DNA from: Oscillospiraceae bacterium
GTDB lineage: Bacteria; Bacillota; Clostridia; Saccharofermentanales; Saccharofermentanaceae
Assembly: GCA_045598705.1 (NCBI GenBank)
Contig: JAZLMM010000046.1
Location: 29,073-93,072, forward strand
Reading direction: 5' to 3'
DNA: 64,000 bases
Within the stretch, counting starts at the first letter, position 1. The number at the start of each line of letters is the position of its first letter. Both the position numbers and the translations under genes were made by a program. Of the stretch, positions 56,878-64,000 are shown in pieces. A model generated the notes under the pieces. The model worked only from the letters and a program-made list of their open reading frames with translations. It did no database searches and was not told the DNA's origin.

Positions 56878-57819
56878 ATGCCGTCTTCGATTGATATCAC
56901 CGAAACGCTAGTATCGAATCTTCATCCCCAACGCCCAGAACAAGGCCATAAGGGGACATTCGGTCGTCTGTTGATTTATGCTGGCTCGAAAGGCATGGGT
57001 GGCGCCGCCATTCTGACGACGGGTGCGGCGCTTCGTTCTGGAGTAGGCTTGGTCTATGTCATGACACCGGACGAAGTCCAGATTCCCTTAATGACTCGTT
57101 GTCCAGAGGCGCTGCAGATTCAGATTCCGAGTGCCCAACTTGAACCCAAGCATCCACAAGTTACACCATTCACTGCAAGAATGGAATTCCCACAGAAGGA
57201 TGCGTTCTCTTCTTTATTGGTTGATAAGCATGCCGTGCTGATGGGACCGGGTCTTGCAACCGAGCGTGTGGATGTAAAGGACAATCTTCCTGTTGCCATT
57301 TCCGAAGCAAGTCATCTGGTACTAGACGCCGGTGCACTCTCGGTTCTTGCGGCATCCGGGAAGCAAAATGAGTGGCTAATCGCTCGTTCGAAGGCGGGAA
57401 TGGCTCCGGTCGTGCTGACACCGCACATGGGCGAGTTCCAGCGCCTGCTTCCAAGCTGGAAGATGGGCGATCTTGCGGCAGCAGGTGCTTTTGCCAAAGA
57501 AAATGCTGTCGTTCTCGTCTTGAAAAGTAATGAAACCAACATATTTACTCCATCTGGGAAGTGGTATAGTAACCATGTAAGCAACTCGGGACTCGCAAAG
57601 GGCGGATCTGGAGATGTGCTGGCGGGTATTCTTGCCGGACTGCTGGCTTCTGGAATGACAGAAGAAGATGCGGCCGTTTCGGCTGTGAAGATCCATAGCA
57701 TGGCAGGAACGCTTGCAAGAGCAAAACACGGAATATATGCGATGTTGCCGTCTATGTTATGGGATGAGTTAGAAGTTTGTTATGACAAACTCCAATGGGA
57801 GAAGGGAAGCGAAATATAA
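56878..57819 (+). CDS. nnrD: ADP-dependent NAD(P)H-hydrate dehydratase (YjeF C-terminal domain only)
   Basis: HKGTFGRLLIYAGSKGMGGAAIL and LAKGGSGDVLAGILAGL. Start trimmed to ATG 56878. Confidence 0.8.
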   Translation: MPSSIDITETLVSNLHPQRPEQGHKGTFGRLLIYAGSKGMGGAAILTTGAALRSGVGLVYVMTPDEVQIPLMTRCPEALQIQIPSAQLEPKHPQVTPFTARMEFPQKDAFSSLLVDKHAVLMGPGLATERVDVKDNLPVAISEASHLVLDAGALSVLAASGKQNEWLIARSKAGMAPVVLTPHMGEFQRLLPSWKMGDLAAAGAFAKENAVVLVLKSNETNIFTPSGKWYSNHVSNSGLAKGGSGDVLAGILAGLLASGMTEEDAAVSAVKIHSMAGTLARAKHGIYAMLPSMLWDELEVCYDKLQWEKGSEI

Positions 57820-59003
57820 TGGAAAGATTTCCAAACCGCTCTTGGGCGGAGATTAATCTGGATATCCTGGCAGAGAATATGCGTGAGATCCGTCGTGTGA
57901 CGAAGCGCAGTGCGAAGATCATGGCAGTCGTTAAGGCAGATGCATACGGACATGGCGCCATCGAGACTGCGCGTGTGCTACTGGAAAACGGTGCGGACAA
58001 GTTGGCTGTATCCATGCTGGACGAGGCCATCGAACTTCGTGAGAACGGCATCAGTGTGCCAATCCTGATTCTGGGCCACACCGACCCGAGAAGAATCTCA
58101 CAGTTGATCGAGAATGATATTGAGCAGGCGGTCTACTCTCTCGAGTATGCACAGGCGATCTCAAAGAAGGCCGTGATCCTTGAACGTACAGCTCGGATCC
58201 ATATTAAGTATGATACAGGTATGAACCGATTGGGATTCCTCTCCGGTGAATCTTCGATTGAGTCAATTCTTGCTATTTCCGAACTTCCCGGCATCGAGAT
58301 TGAGGGCATGTTCTCTCACTTTGCAATGTCGGATACGGATGATGATGAATATACAATGAAGCAGTTTGAGTCATTTACCAAGATGGCCCAGGCATTAGAA
58401 GCGCGTGGCCTGGAGATCCCGACCAAGCATATCTGCAACAGTGCAGGTATTCTTCGCTTCCCACAGATGCATATGGATATGGTTCGTGCAGGACTGATTG
58501 TGTATGGCATGATGCCGAAGGGATGCCCGAGCCCATACACGGACTTCGAGGTGAAACCAGCTATGACATTGAAGTCCAGTGTTGTACATGTGAAGGATAT
58601 TCCGGTAGGTGAGACGATCAGTTACGGAAGACACTTCAAGACAGAGCGTCCGAGCACAATTGCAACGATTGCAATCGGATATGCAGACGGCTATCTGAGA
58701 AGACTATCTAATCGAGCAGAAGTACTGATTAATGGATATCGCGCGCCAGTAGTGGGCAATATCTGCATGGATATGTGTATGGTGGATGTCACAGACCTTC
58801 CGGAAAGACCAAACGTGGGCGATGAAGTGGTGCTATTTGGTAAGCAGCGTTCTCGTAAAGGTGAGAAAGAGATTCCTGTCGATGAGATATCCGATATGCT
58901 GGATACCATAAACTATGAAGTAACTTGTCTGGTCGGCAAAAGAATTCCACGTGTGTATATTCGAGATAACAAGATCGTTCAGATGCACAGTTCGATTTGG
59001 TAA
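57819..59003 (+). CDS. alr: Alanine racemase
   Basis: RSWAEINLDIL..N, AVVKADAYGHG (PLP-binding Lys) and C-terminal INYEVTC. TAATG overlap with nnrD. Confidence 0.9.
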   Translation: MERFPNRSWAEINLDILAENMREIRRVTKRSAKIMAVVKADAYGHGAIETARVLLENGADKLAVSMLDEAIELRENGISVPILILGHTDPRRISQLIENDIEQAVYSLEYAQAISKKAVILERTARIHIKYDTGMNRLGFLSGESSIESILAISELPGIEIEGMFSHFAMSDTDDDEYTMKQFESFTKMAQALEARGLEIPTKHICNSAGILRFPQMHMDMVRAGLIVYGMMPKGCPSPYTDFEVKPAMTLKSSVVHVKDIPVGETISYGRHFKTERPSTIATIAIGYADGYLRRLSNRAEVLINGYRAPVVGNICMDMCMVDVTDLPERPNVGDEVVLFGKQRSRKGEKEIPVDEISDMLDTINYEVTCLVGKRIPRVYIRDNKIVQMHSSIW

Positions 59004-59006
59004 GGC

Positions 59007-59035
59007 TTGACTTTGCGCCCGACACCTAGTATAAT
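59007..59035 (+). promoter_or_regulatory. Sigma-A-type promoter of rpmH
   Basis: TTGACT (59007-12), 17-nt spacer, TATAAT (59030-35). Confidence 0.7.
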
Positions 59036-59106
59036 TCTATCGCTATTTGTATCGATTATTCGTGTAGTAGAAGGTAAAAGAGACTAATTTTTGGAGGTAG
59101 ATCCAT

Positions 59107-59241
59107 ATGAAGATGACATATCAGCCTAAGAAGAGACAGAGAAGTAAGGTTCACGGTTTCCGTGCAAGAATGCAGACAGCTTCAGGTCGTGACGTACTGA
59201 AGAGAAGAAGACTGAAGGGAAGAAAGAGTCTTACAGTATAA
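59107..59241 (+). CDS. rpmH: 50S ribosomal protein L34
   Basis: Own translation gives [44 protein letters not shown] (44 aa), below the ORF-track cutoff. RBS GGAGG. Confidence 0.95.
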   Translation: MKMTYQPKKRQRSKVHGFRARMQTASGRDVLKRRRLKGRKSLTV

Positions 59242-59268
59242 GGATCACCCAAGTGGTCCTTTATTTTT
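59241..59268 (+). terminator. Hairpin plus T-run between rpmH and rnpA (attenuating terminator)
   Basis: AGGATCAC-ccaa-GTGGTCCT followed by TTATTTTT. Confidence 0.6.
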
Positions 59269-59294
59269 AAGAAAGTCGAAGCAGGTGTTGTGTC

Positions 59295-59681
59295 ATGCTG
59301 AAGACCACGCGGACATTACGATTGAATTATGAGTTTTCCCGCGTATATAAAAGGGGAAGTTTCGCTACAGGGCGCTATTTGAGTGTACATTGTTTTAAGC
59401 GAAGTCCGAAACTGAAGCACAATCTGACGACAATCCCAATCGATTTGCTACGTGTCGGTTTTACCAACGGGCACGGCAGGAAGACTGCTGTAGCCAGAAA
59501 TCGTGCAAAACGACTAATGCGAGCGGCTTTCCAAGTGTACGAACCATCTGTTCGTGCCGGATACGATATTATTTTCCTGATGAAGACCGGCTTTGATATA
59601 CCGAGATATCAGGAAGTAGAGAAAGAGATGGGAAGACACCTTTCCAAGCTGGGTTTACTTGATTCTGAGGATGAAGTATGA
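59295..59681 (+). CDS. rnpA: Ribonuclease P protein component
   Basis: 128 aa, basic, containing the RNR motif ([15 protein letters not shown]). Follows rpmH. Confidence 0.9.
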   Translation: MLKTTRTLRLNYEFSRVYKRGSFATGRYLSVHCFKRSPKLKHNLTTIPIDLLRVGFTNGHGRKTAVARNRAKRLMRAAFQVYEPSVRAGYDIIFLMKTGFDIPRYQEVEKEMGRHLSKLGLLDSEDEV

Positions 59682-59887
59682 AGAATCTGGCGATCAAATT
59701 GATCAGAATGTACCAGAATTCTCATGGTCCGAATCATATTGGACATTGTAGATTCTATCCAACATGCTCGCAGTATACCCTCGAGGCAATCGAGAAGTAT
59801 GGCTTTGTGCGTGGCTCGTTGAAGGGAATCTGGCGCATATTGAGATGCAACCCTTTCTGCAAAGGTGGATATGACCCGTTGAAATAA
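59678..59887 (+). CDS. yidD: Membrane protein insertion efficiency factor YidD
   Basis: [19 protein letters not shown]...[13 protein letters not shown]. Confidence 0.92.
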   Translation: MKNLAIKLIRMYQNSHGPNHIGHCRFYPTCSQYTLEAIEKYGFVRGSLKGIWRILRCNPFCKGGYDPLK

Positions 59888-59957
59888 GTGAAGTGAATCG
59901 GTGTGACGGAGCGGAGAATAGCTGAATCGCCACGCCGATAGTGCATAGGAGCAAATA

Positions 59958-60974
59958 ATGGGCATTTTTGACTTTATCAACACACCACTCGCCAAGTTGT
60001 TCGGCTGGATGACTAGCCTTCTTTACGAGTTTTTCGGTAATTTCGGCTTGGCAATTATTTTCTTGACGATTATTGTTCGTGGCCTTACGATGCCACTTAA
60101 CATTCGTTCTGCCAAGTCCATGATGAAACAACAGACGTTGGCAGATAAGCAGGCAGCTATCAGAAGAAAATACCCAGATGATAAGCAGAAGCAGAATGAG
60201 GAGATTCAGAAACTTTTCACAGAGAATGGTGTTTCTCCACTGTCTGGATGTCTGATGCCATTATTGACACTTATTTTCCTGATTCCAATGTACTACATTG
60301 TTCGTGAACCATTGCGTTATGTGACAGGTGTCAGCAAGTCGAATATTTCCCAGATGGGTGAGCTGCTGGGTATCTCGGGCGTAGGTTCCAACAATATCCC
60401 GCTGATTACAAGACTGACACAGGATGGTAAAGCTTTCTCCGATATGGTAGGCAAGGGTCTTATCAAAGTCCAGCAGATTCCAAACATGAAATTCCTAGGC
60501 CTTGATCTGGGTGCGACACCTGCTTGGCTGCCGTCCAAGATCAAGACTGATTTGTCGCTCTATTTGCCACTTCTCATCATTCCTATCTTGGTCTTGGTGA
60601 CTACCGTTCTTCAGAATGTAATTGTCAATGCTACCAAGCCTGATTCTAAACAAAGAAAAGAAGACAAAGAGCGTGCCAAGAATAATCCCGCATTCTCTGC
60701 ACAGGAAGAGCCTGGTGCAGGTACAGCCAAAATGATTACGAAGATCATGCCAATCATCATGGTTGTCTCTACGTTCATGCTTCCAGCTGCATTTGGTTTC
60801 TACTGGATTGCAGGTAACCTGATGAGCATGTTGCAACAGGTATTGACCTATTTCATGTTCAGTAAACCATACGAAGAGAAGAAGCAGGAACTGATGGAAG
60901 CCAAGCGTGATCTCTTCAAGAAGAAGAAGGCCTTAGCAGCAGAGAATGCTGGTGGCAAAAAAGGTAAGAAATAA
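59958..60974 (+). CDS. yidC: YidC/Oxa1-family membrane insertase
   Basis: GLAIIFLTIIVRGLTMPL, MKQQ..., GCLPLL-type block (SGCLMPLLTLIF), and a basic C-terminal tail. Confidence 0.9.
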   Translation: MGIFDFINTPLAKLFGWMTSLLYEFFGNFGLAIIFLTIIVRGLTMPLNIRSAKSMMKQQTLADKQAAIRRKYPDDKQKQNEEIQKLFTENGVSPLSGCLMPLLTLIFLIPMYYIVREPLRYVTGVSKSNISQMGELLGISGVGSNNIPLITRLTQDGKAFSDMVGKGLIKVQQIPNMKFLGLDLGATPAWLPSKIKTDLSLYLPLLIIPILVLVTTVLQNVIVNATKPDSKQRKEDKERAKNNPAFSAQEEPGAGTAKMITKIMPIIMVVSTFMLPAAFGFYWIAGNLMSMLQQVLTYFMFSKPYEEKKQELMEAKRDLFKKKKALAAENAGGKKGKK

Positions 60975-61017
60975 CATGCATCACTCATAAGATGTGTGAC
61001 AAGGAGGCATAGGCTAT

Positions 61018-61710
61018 ATGGAAAAAACAGTAACCAAAACAGCGAAGTCTGTCGATGAAGCAATCGAACTTGCATTGGCAGAACTCGGTGTTGAGAAAGA
61101 ACAGGCTCAAATCGAGGTTGTTGAGGAAGAGAAGGGATTCTTTGGTATTGGTAAGAAGGGTGCAACCGTTCGTGTTACCGCTGAAGTGGAAGAAGTAGTA
61201 GAAGAGGAAGACGACGGCGACGTATACTACGGCGACGACGAGTCTTTCGAAGGCGACGAAGCAAGCGAGGCCGAGGATGCGGCAGTTTCTTTCGTTGCAG
61301 AAGTTCTCTCTGGTATTGGCATCCACGGCAAGCTTGATTCTTATCGTGAAGAAGACGTGATTTACATTACAGTCAGTGGTCAGGATTGTGGCGCGGCAAT
61401 CGGTCGTCATGGTGAGACACTGGATTCAATTTCATATCTTACAAATCTGGTTGCAAATCGCCACAGCGAGCAGAGACTTCGCGTTCTGCTGGATGTAGGC
61501 GGATATAGAAAGCACAGAGAAGAAGTTCTGATTAATATGGCCCATAAGGCTGCAAATCAGGTACTTCGTAACAAGCGTGCATATGCACTTGAGCCGATGA
61601 ATCCGGCTGAGCGTCGAATCATCCACTCTGAACTGCAGAATGTTGAAGGTGTAACCACGCACAGTGAGGGCGAAGAGCCGAACCGCAAAGTAGTGGTTAC
61701 GCTCGAGTAA
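61018..61710 (+). CDS. khpB: Jag/KhpB RNA-binding protein (Jag_N, KH, R3H)
   Basis: N-terminus AKSVDEAIELALAELG, an acidic linker, a KH-like GRHGETLDSISYL, and R3H LEPMNPAERRIIHSEL. Confidence 0.88.
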   Translation: MEKTVTKTAKSVDEAIELALAELGVEKEQAQIEVVEEEKGFFGIGKKGATVRVTAEVEEVVEEEDDGDVYYGDDESFEGDEASEAEDAAVSFVAEVLSGIGIHGKLDSYREEDVIYITVSGQDCGAAIGRHGETLDSISYLTNLVANRHSEQRLRVLLDVGGYRKHREEVLINMAHKAANQVLRNKRAYALEPMNPAERRIIHSELQNVEGVTTHSEGEEPNRKVVVTLE

Positions 61711-61742
61711 ACTACCCGAATCCCAAGGGGAGGCGAAGTCTG

Positions 61743-63179
61743 TTGGAAAAGCCGTATTGCGCATGTGCGACGCCGCCGGGAACCAGCGGAATTGCAGTGA
61801 TCCGAATGGCCGGAGAAGGTTCTGCCGCGATTTTGGATCGGATTTTCCATATTCGCCGTTCGGCAGAACAAGTTGAATCGGTATCGGATATGCGTGGCTA
61901 TACAGTTGCGTATGGTGTACTGATGGACCCTGTTACGGATACAGTCGTTGATGAGGTGATGGTGACACGTTTCTGTGCACCACACTCCTATACAGGTGAG
62001 GAATCAGTGGAAATCTCTTGTCATGGCGGTATGACCGTTCGACAGGAGATTCTTCGCGTTTTACAGGAGAATGGTGCTCGAATGGCCGAGCCTGGAGAAT
62101 TCACCAAGAAGGCTTTCCTTTCCGGCAAACTAGATCTTTCCCAGGCTGAGGCCGTAATGGATGTCATTTCTGCCGATTCGGATCTAGCACTTCGTGCTGC
62201 ACAGTCACAGCTTCAGGGAAGCATACGTAATGAAATTAGAAATGTTAGTGATACGTTGTACGATGCGTTAGCTGCGATGGAAATGTGGGTCGATGAGCCA
62301 GATGACGAGGATGCCCAGAATGCTTTAAAGACCACCGCCGATAGTATTTCCAATGCGCGTTCTCGTATCCACGCCTTGATGAATACCTATCGTCAAGGGC
62401 GCATTCTCAAGGAGCGTATGCGCGTGGTCATCTGTGGTGTCCCGAATAGTGGTAAATCTTCGTTGCTCAATTACCTGAGTGGTTATGATCGCGCGATTGT
62501 TACGGATACACCAGGTACGACACGTGATACACTGGAAGTCCAGACTAGCATTTCCGGTGTGCCGGTCACACTGATCGATACGGCAGGCATTCGTGAAACC
62601 AGTGACCATATCGAGGCCATGGGCGTAGATCGCGCAAATGATGCCATGGAAGAGGCAGATATCGTGTTCTGGTTGGTCTATCCGAAGGAAGAATCCATGA
62701 CAGACCATACTTCCATGATCGAGAAACTTATGCATCTTCGACCAGAGGTACGAATTGGACTTCTCATCAGCAAATCAGATCTGTTCGATACAGATACTTC
62801 AGATCAGGAAATTGAGAAACTTACATCGTTGATGATGGCAGATGGTTCGACTCGAAAGTTGGACTTTGTAGGCAGGATCTCTTCTTCGAACGGAGAAGGG
62901 ATAGAGGCCATGGAGCGATTCATTCGTGATACATACGATGAAATGGGTACCACCACCGCTTCAGGATTGCTCCTCACCAATCAGCGTCATTATGAGATCT
63001 TGATGTCATCTGGACAGAAACTGAATGAGGCGGAACAACTCTGTCGAAGTGGTGAGAGCCTTGAGGCACCGTCTCTTGTACTTCGTACGGCGATGGAAGA
63101 TCTGGGTGAGATTACAGGTGATTCTGTTAGCGATAAATTAGTCGATACCATTTTCTCGCGTTTTTGCGTGGGAAAATAA
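61743..63179 (+). CDS. mnmE: tRNA modification GTPase MnmE
   Basis: ATPPGTSGIAVIRMAG, GVPNSGKSSLLN, DTPGTTRD, DTAGIRET and C-terminal FCVGK. A TTG start follows GGGGAGG. Confidence 0.9.
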   Translation: MEKPYCACATPPGTSGIAVIRMAGEGSAAILDRIFHIRRSAEQVESVSDMRGYTVAYGVLMDPVTDTVVDEVMVTRFCAPHSYTGEESVEISCHGGMTVRQEILRVLQENGARMAEPGEFTKKAFLSGKLDLSQAEAVMDVISADSDLALRAAQSQLQGSIRNEIRNVSDTLYDALAAMEMWVDEPDDEDAQNALKTTADSISNARSRIHALMNTYRQGRILKERMRVVICGVPNSGKSSLLNYLSGYDRAIVTDTPGTTRDTLEVQTSISGVPVTLIDTAGIRETSDHIEAMGVDRANDAMEEADIVFWLVYPKEESMTDHTSMIEKLMHLRPEVRIGLLISKSDLFDTDTSDQEIEKLTSLMMADGSTRKLDFVGRISSSNGEGIEAMERFIRDTYDEMGTTTASGLLLTNQRHYEILMSSGQKLNEAEQLCRSGESLEAPSLVLRTAMEDLGEITGDSVSDKLVDTIFSRFCVGK

Positions 63180-63191
63180 CGGGAGAATGAT

Positions 63192-64000
63192 ATGGGAAAT
63201 TGGGCACAACTGAAAGAGAATCCTTCTTGGTATGACGCGGGAACTTTCGATGTAGCAATTGTTGGCGCGGGACATGCGGGGTGTGAAGCGGCTTTTGCTT
63301 GCGCACATATGGGTCTGCAGACAGTACTATTTACGCTCCATTTGGATCAGTTGGCCAACCTTCCGTGTAATCCAAGTATTGGTGGTACGGCGAAGGGTCA
63401 ATTGGTACGCGAAATCGATGCTTTAGGTGGTGTGATGGGCGAGATGGCAGATATGTCGGCCATTCAGACCAGAATGTTGAATCGCTCGAAGGGACCTGCA
63501 GTATTCTCGCCTCGTGCACAGATGGATCGTGCGGCGTATAGTCGACGCATGAAAGAACGCATTGAGAAAGAGGAGAATCTTTCGCTCATTCAGGCTGAGA
63601 TCGTCGAACTCTTCTGGGAGAGGGATGCAAGCAGTCGTCAAGTCTTAAATGGCGTACGCACAAGAAGCGGCGCTTGTTATCATGTCCAGGCTGCAGTTGT
63701 GTGTGCCGGCACCTATATGGAATCCAGAACGATTCGTGGAGAGGTGATCGTTGAAAGCGGTCCGGATGGATTGTCTCGTTCGGTTGGACTTTCTAAGAGC
63801 ATGGCCGATGCGGGCATTCCGATGCAACGCTTTAAGACTGGTACGCCAGTTCGTGTGAATGCGCGTACTGTGGATACATCTGTTATGGAGATTCAACCAG
63901 GGGAACCAGATATGCCACCTTTCTCCTATGAGAATGAAATGAATGGCTTCACACCAAGAGAGAATCAAATCCCATGTTATGCGGTCTGGACGACACCTGA
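63192..64000 (+). CDS. mnmG: tRNA uridine 5-carboxymethylaminomethyl modification enzyme MnmG (5' part, runs off the right edge)
   Basis: Own translation from ATG 63192 gives MGNWAQLKENPSWYDAGTFDVAIVGAGHAGCEAAFACAHMGLQTVLFTL...NPSIGGTAKGQLVREIDALGG. Confidence 0.9.
   Translation, partial: MGNWAQLKENPSWYDAGTFDVAIVGAGHAGCEAAFACAHMGLQTVLFTLHLDQLANLPCNPSIGGTAKGQLVREIDALGGVMGEMADMSAIQTRMLNRSKGPAVFSPRAQMDRAAYSRRMKERIEKEENLSLIQAEIVELFWERDASSRQVLNGVRTRSGACYHVQAAVVCAGTYMESRTIRGEVIVESGPDGLSRSVGLSKSMADAGIPMQRFKTGTPVRVNARTVDTSVMEIQPGEPDMPPFSYENEMNGFTPRENQIPCYAVWTTP

Noticed and set aside
59004-59106. An oriC or DnaA-box cluster upstream of rpmH.
   Set aside because: Only a sigma-A-type promoter is visible. 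No TTATCCACA-like boxes were seen, and no dnaA gene is adjacent.

Overview
Chromosomal segment of a low-GC Gram-positive (Bacillota; Clostridia- or Erysipelotrichia-like) anaerobe, judged from gene content only. Most of it is housekeeping. On the minus strand at the left edge is an Enterococcus-type V-ATPase operon (G/H-I-K-E-C-F-A). The rest is mainly plus strand: an ABC exporter, a minimal SufCB pair, sortase B, GH31, the CCA-adding enzyme, an EF-G paralogue, hprK-murB-rapZ-whiA, a PadR module, a T-box-controlled PaaK-like ligase followed by glnA, ddl, metA, nnrD, alr and the rpmH-rnpA-yidD-yidC-jag-mnmE-mnmG cluster. Two blocks look accessory. (1) About 14.0-20.4 kb is an AT-rich block abutting the 3' end of tRNA-Ala(CGC); it carries a LytTR/GHKL agr-like two-component pair, a truncated agrB remnant and two lipoproteins. 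(2) About 27.0-33.4 kb carries an orphan prepilin-like protein, a CAP-domain protein, a DUF2752 protein and three consecutive genes that each open with a CxxC...CxxC zinc ribbon. Two of these are CD225/dispanin-like membrane proteins; the third is a 719-aa coiled-coil protein with eight 11-residue repeats and a DUF4177-like end. This block is bracketed by a shared 23-24 nt motif. I saw no rRNA, CRISPR array, transposase, integrase or prophage genes. All family assignments rest on motif recognition by eye, because no searches could be run.
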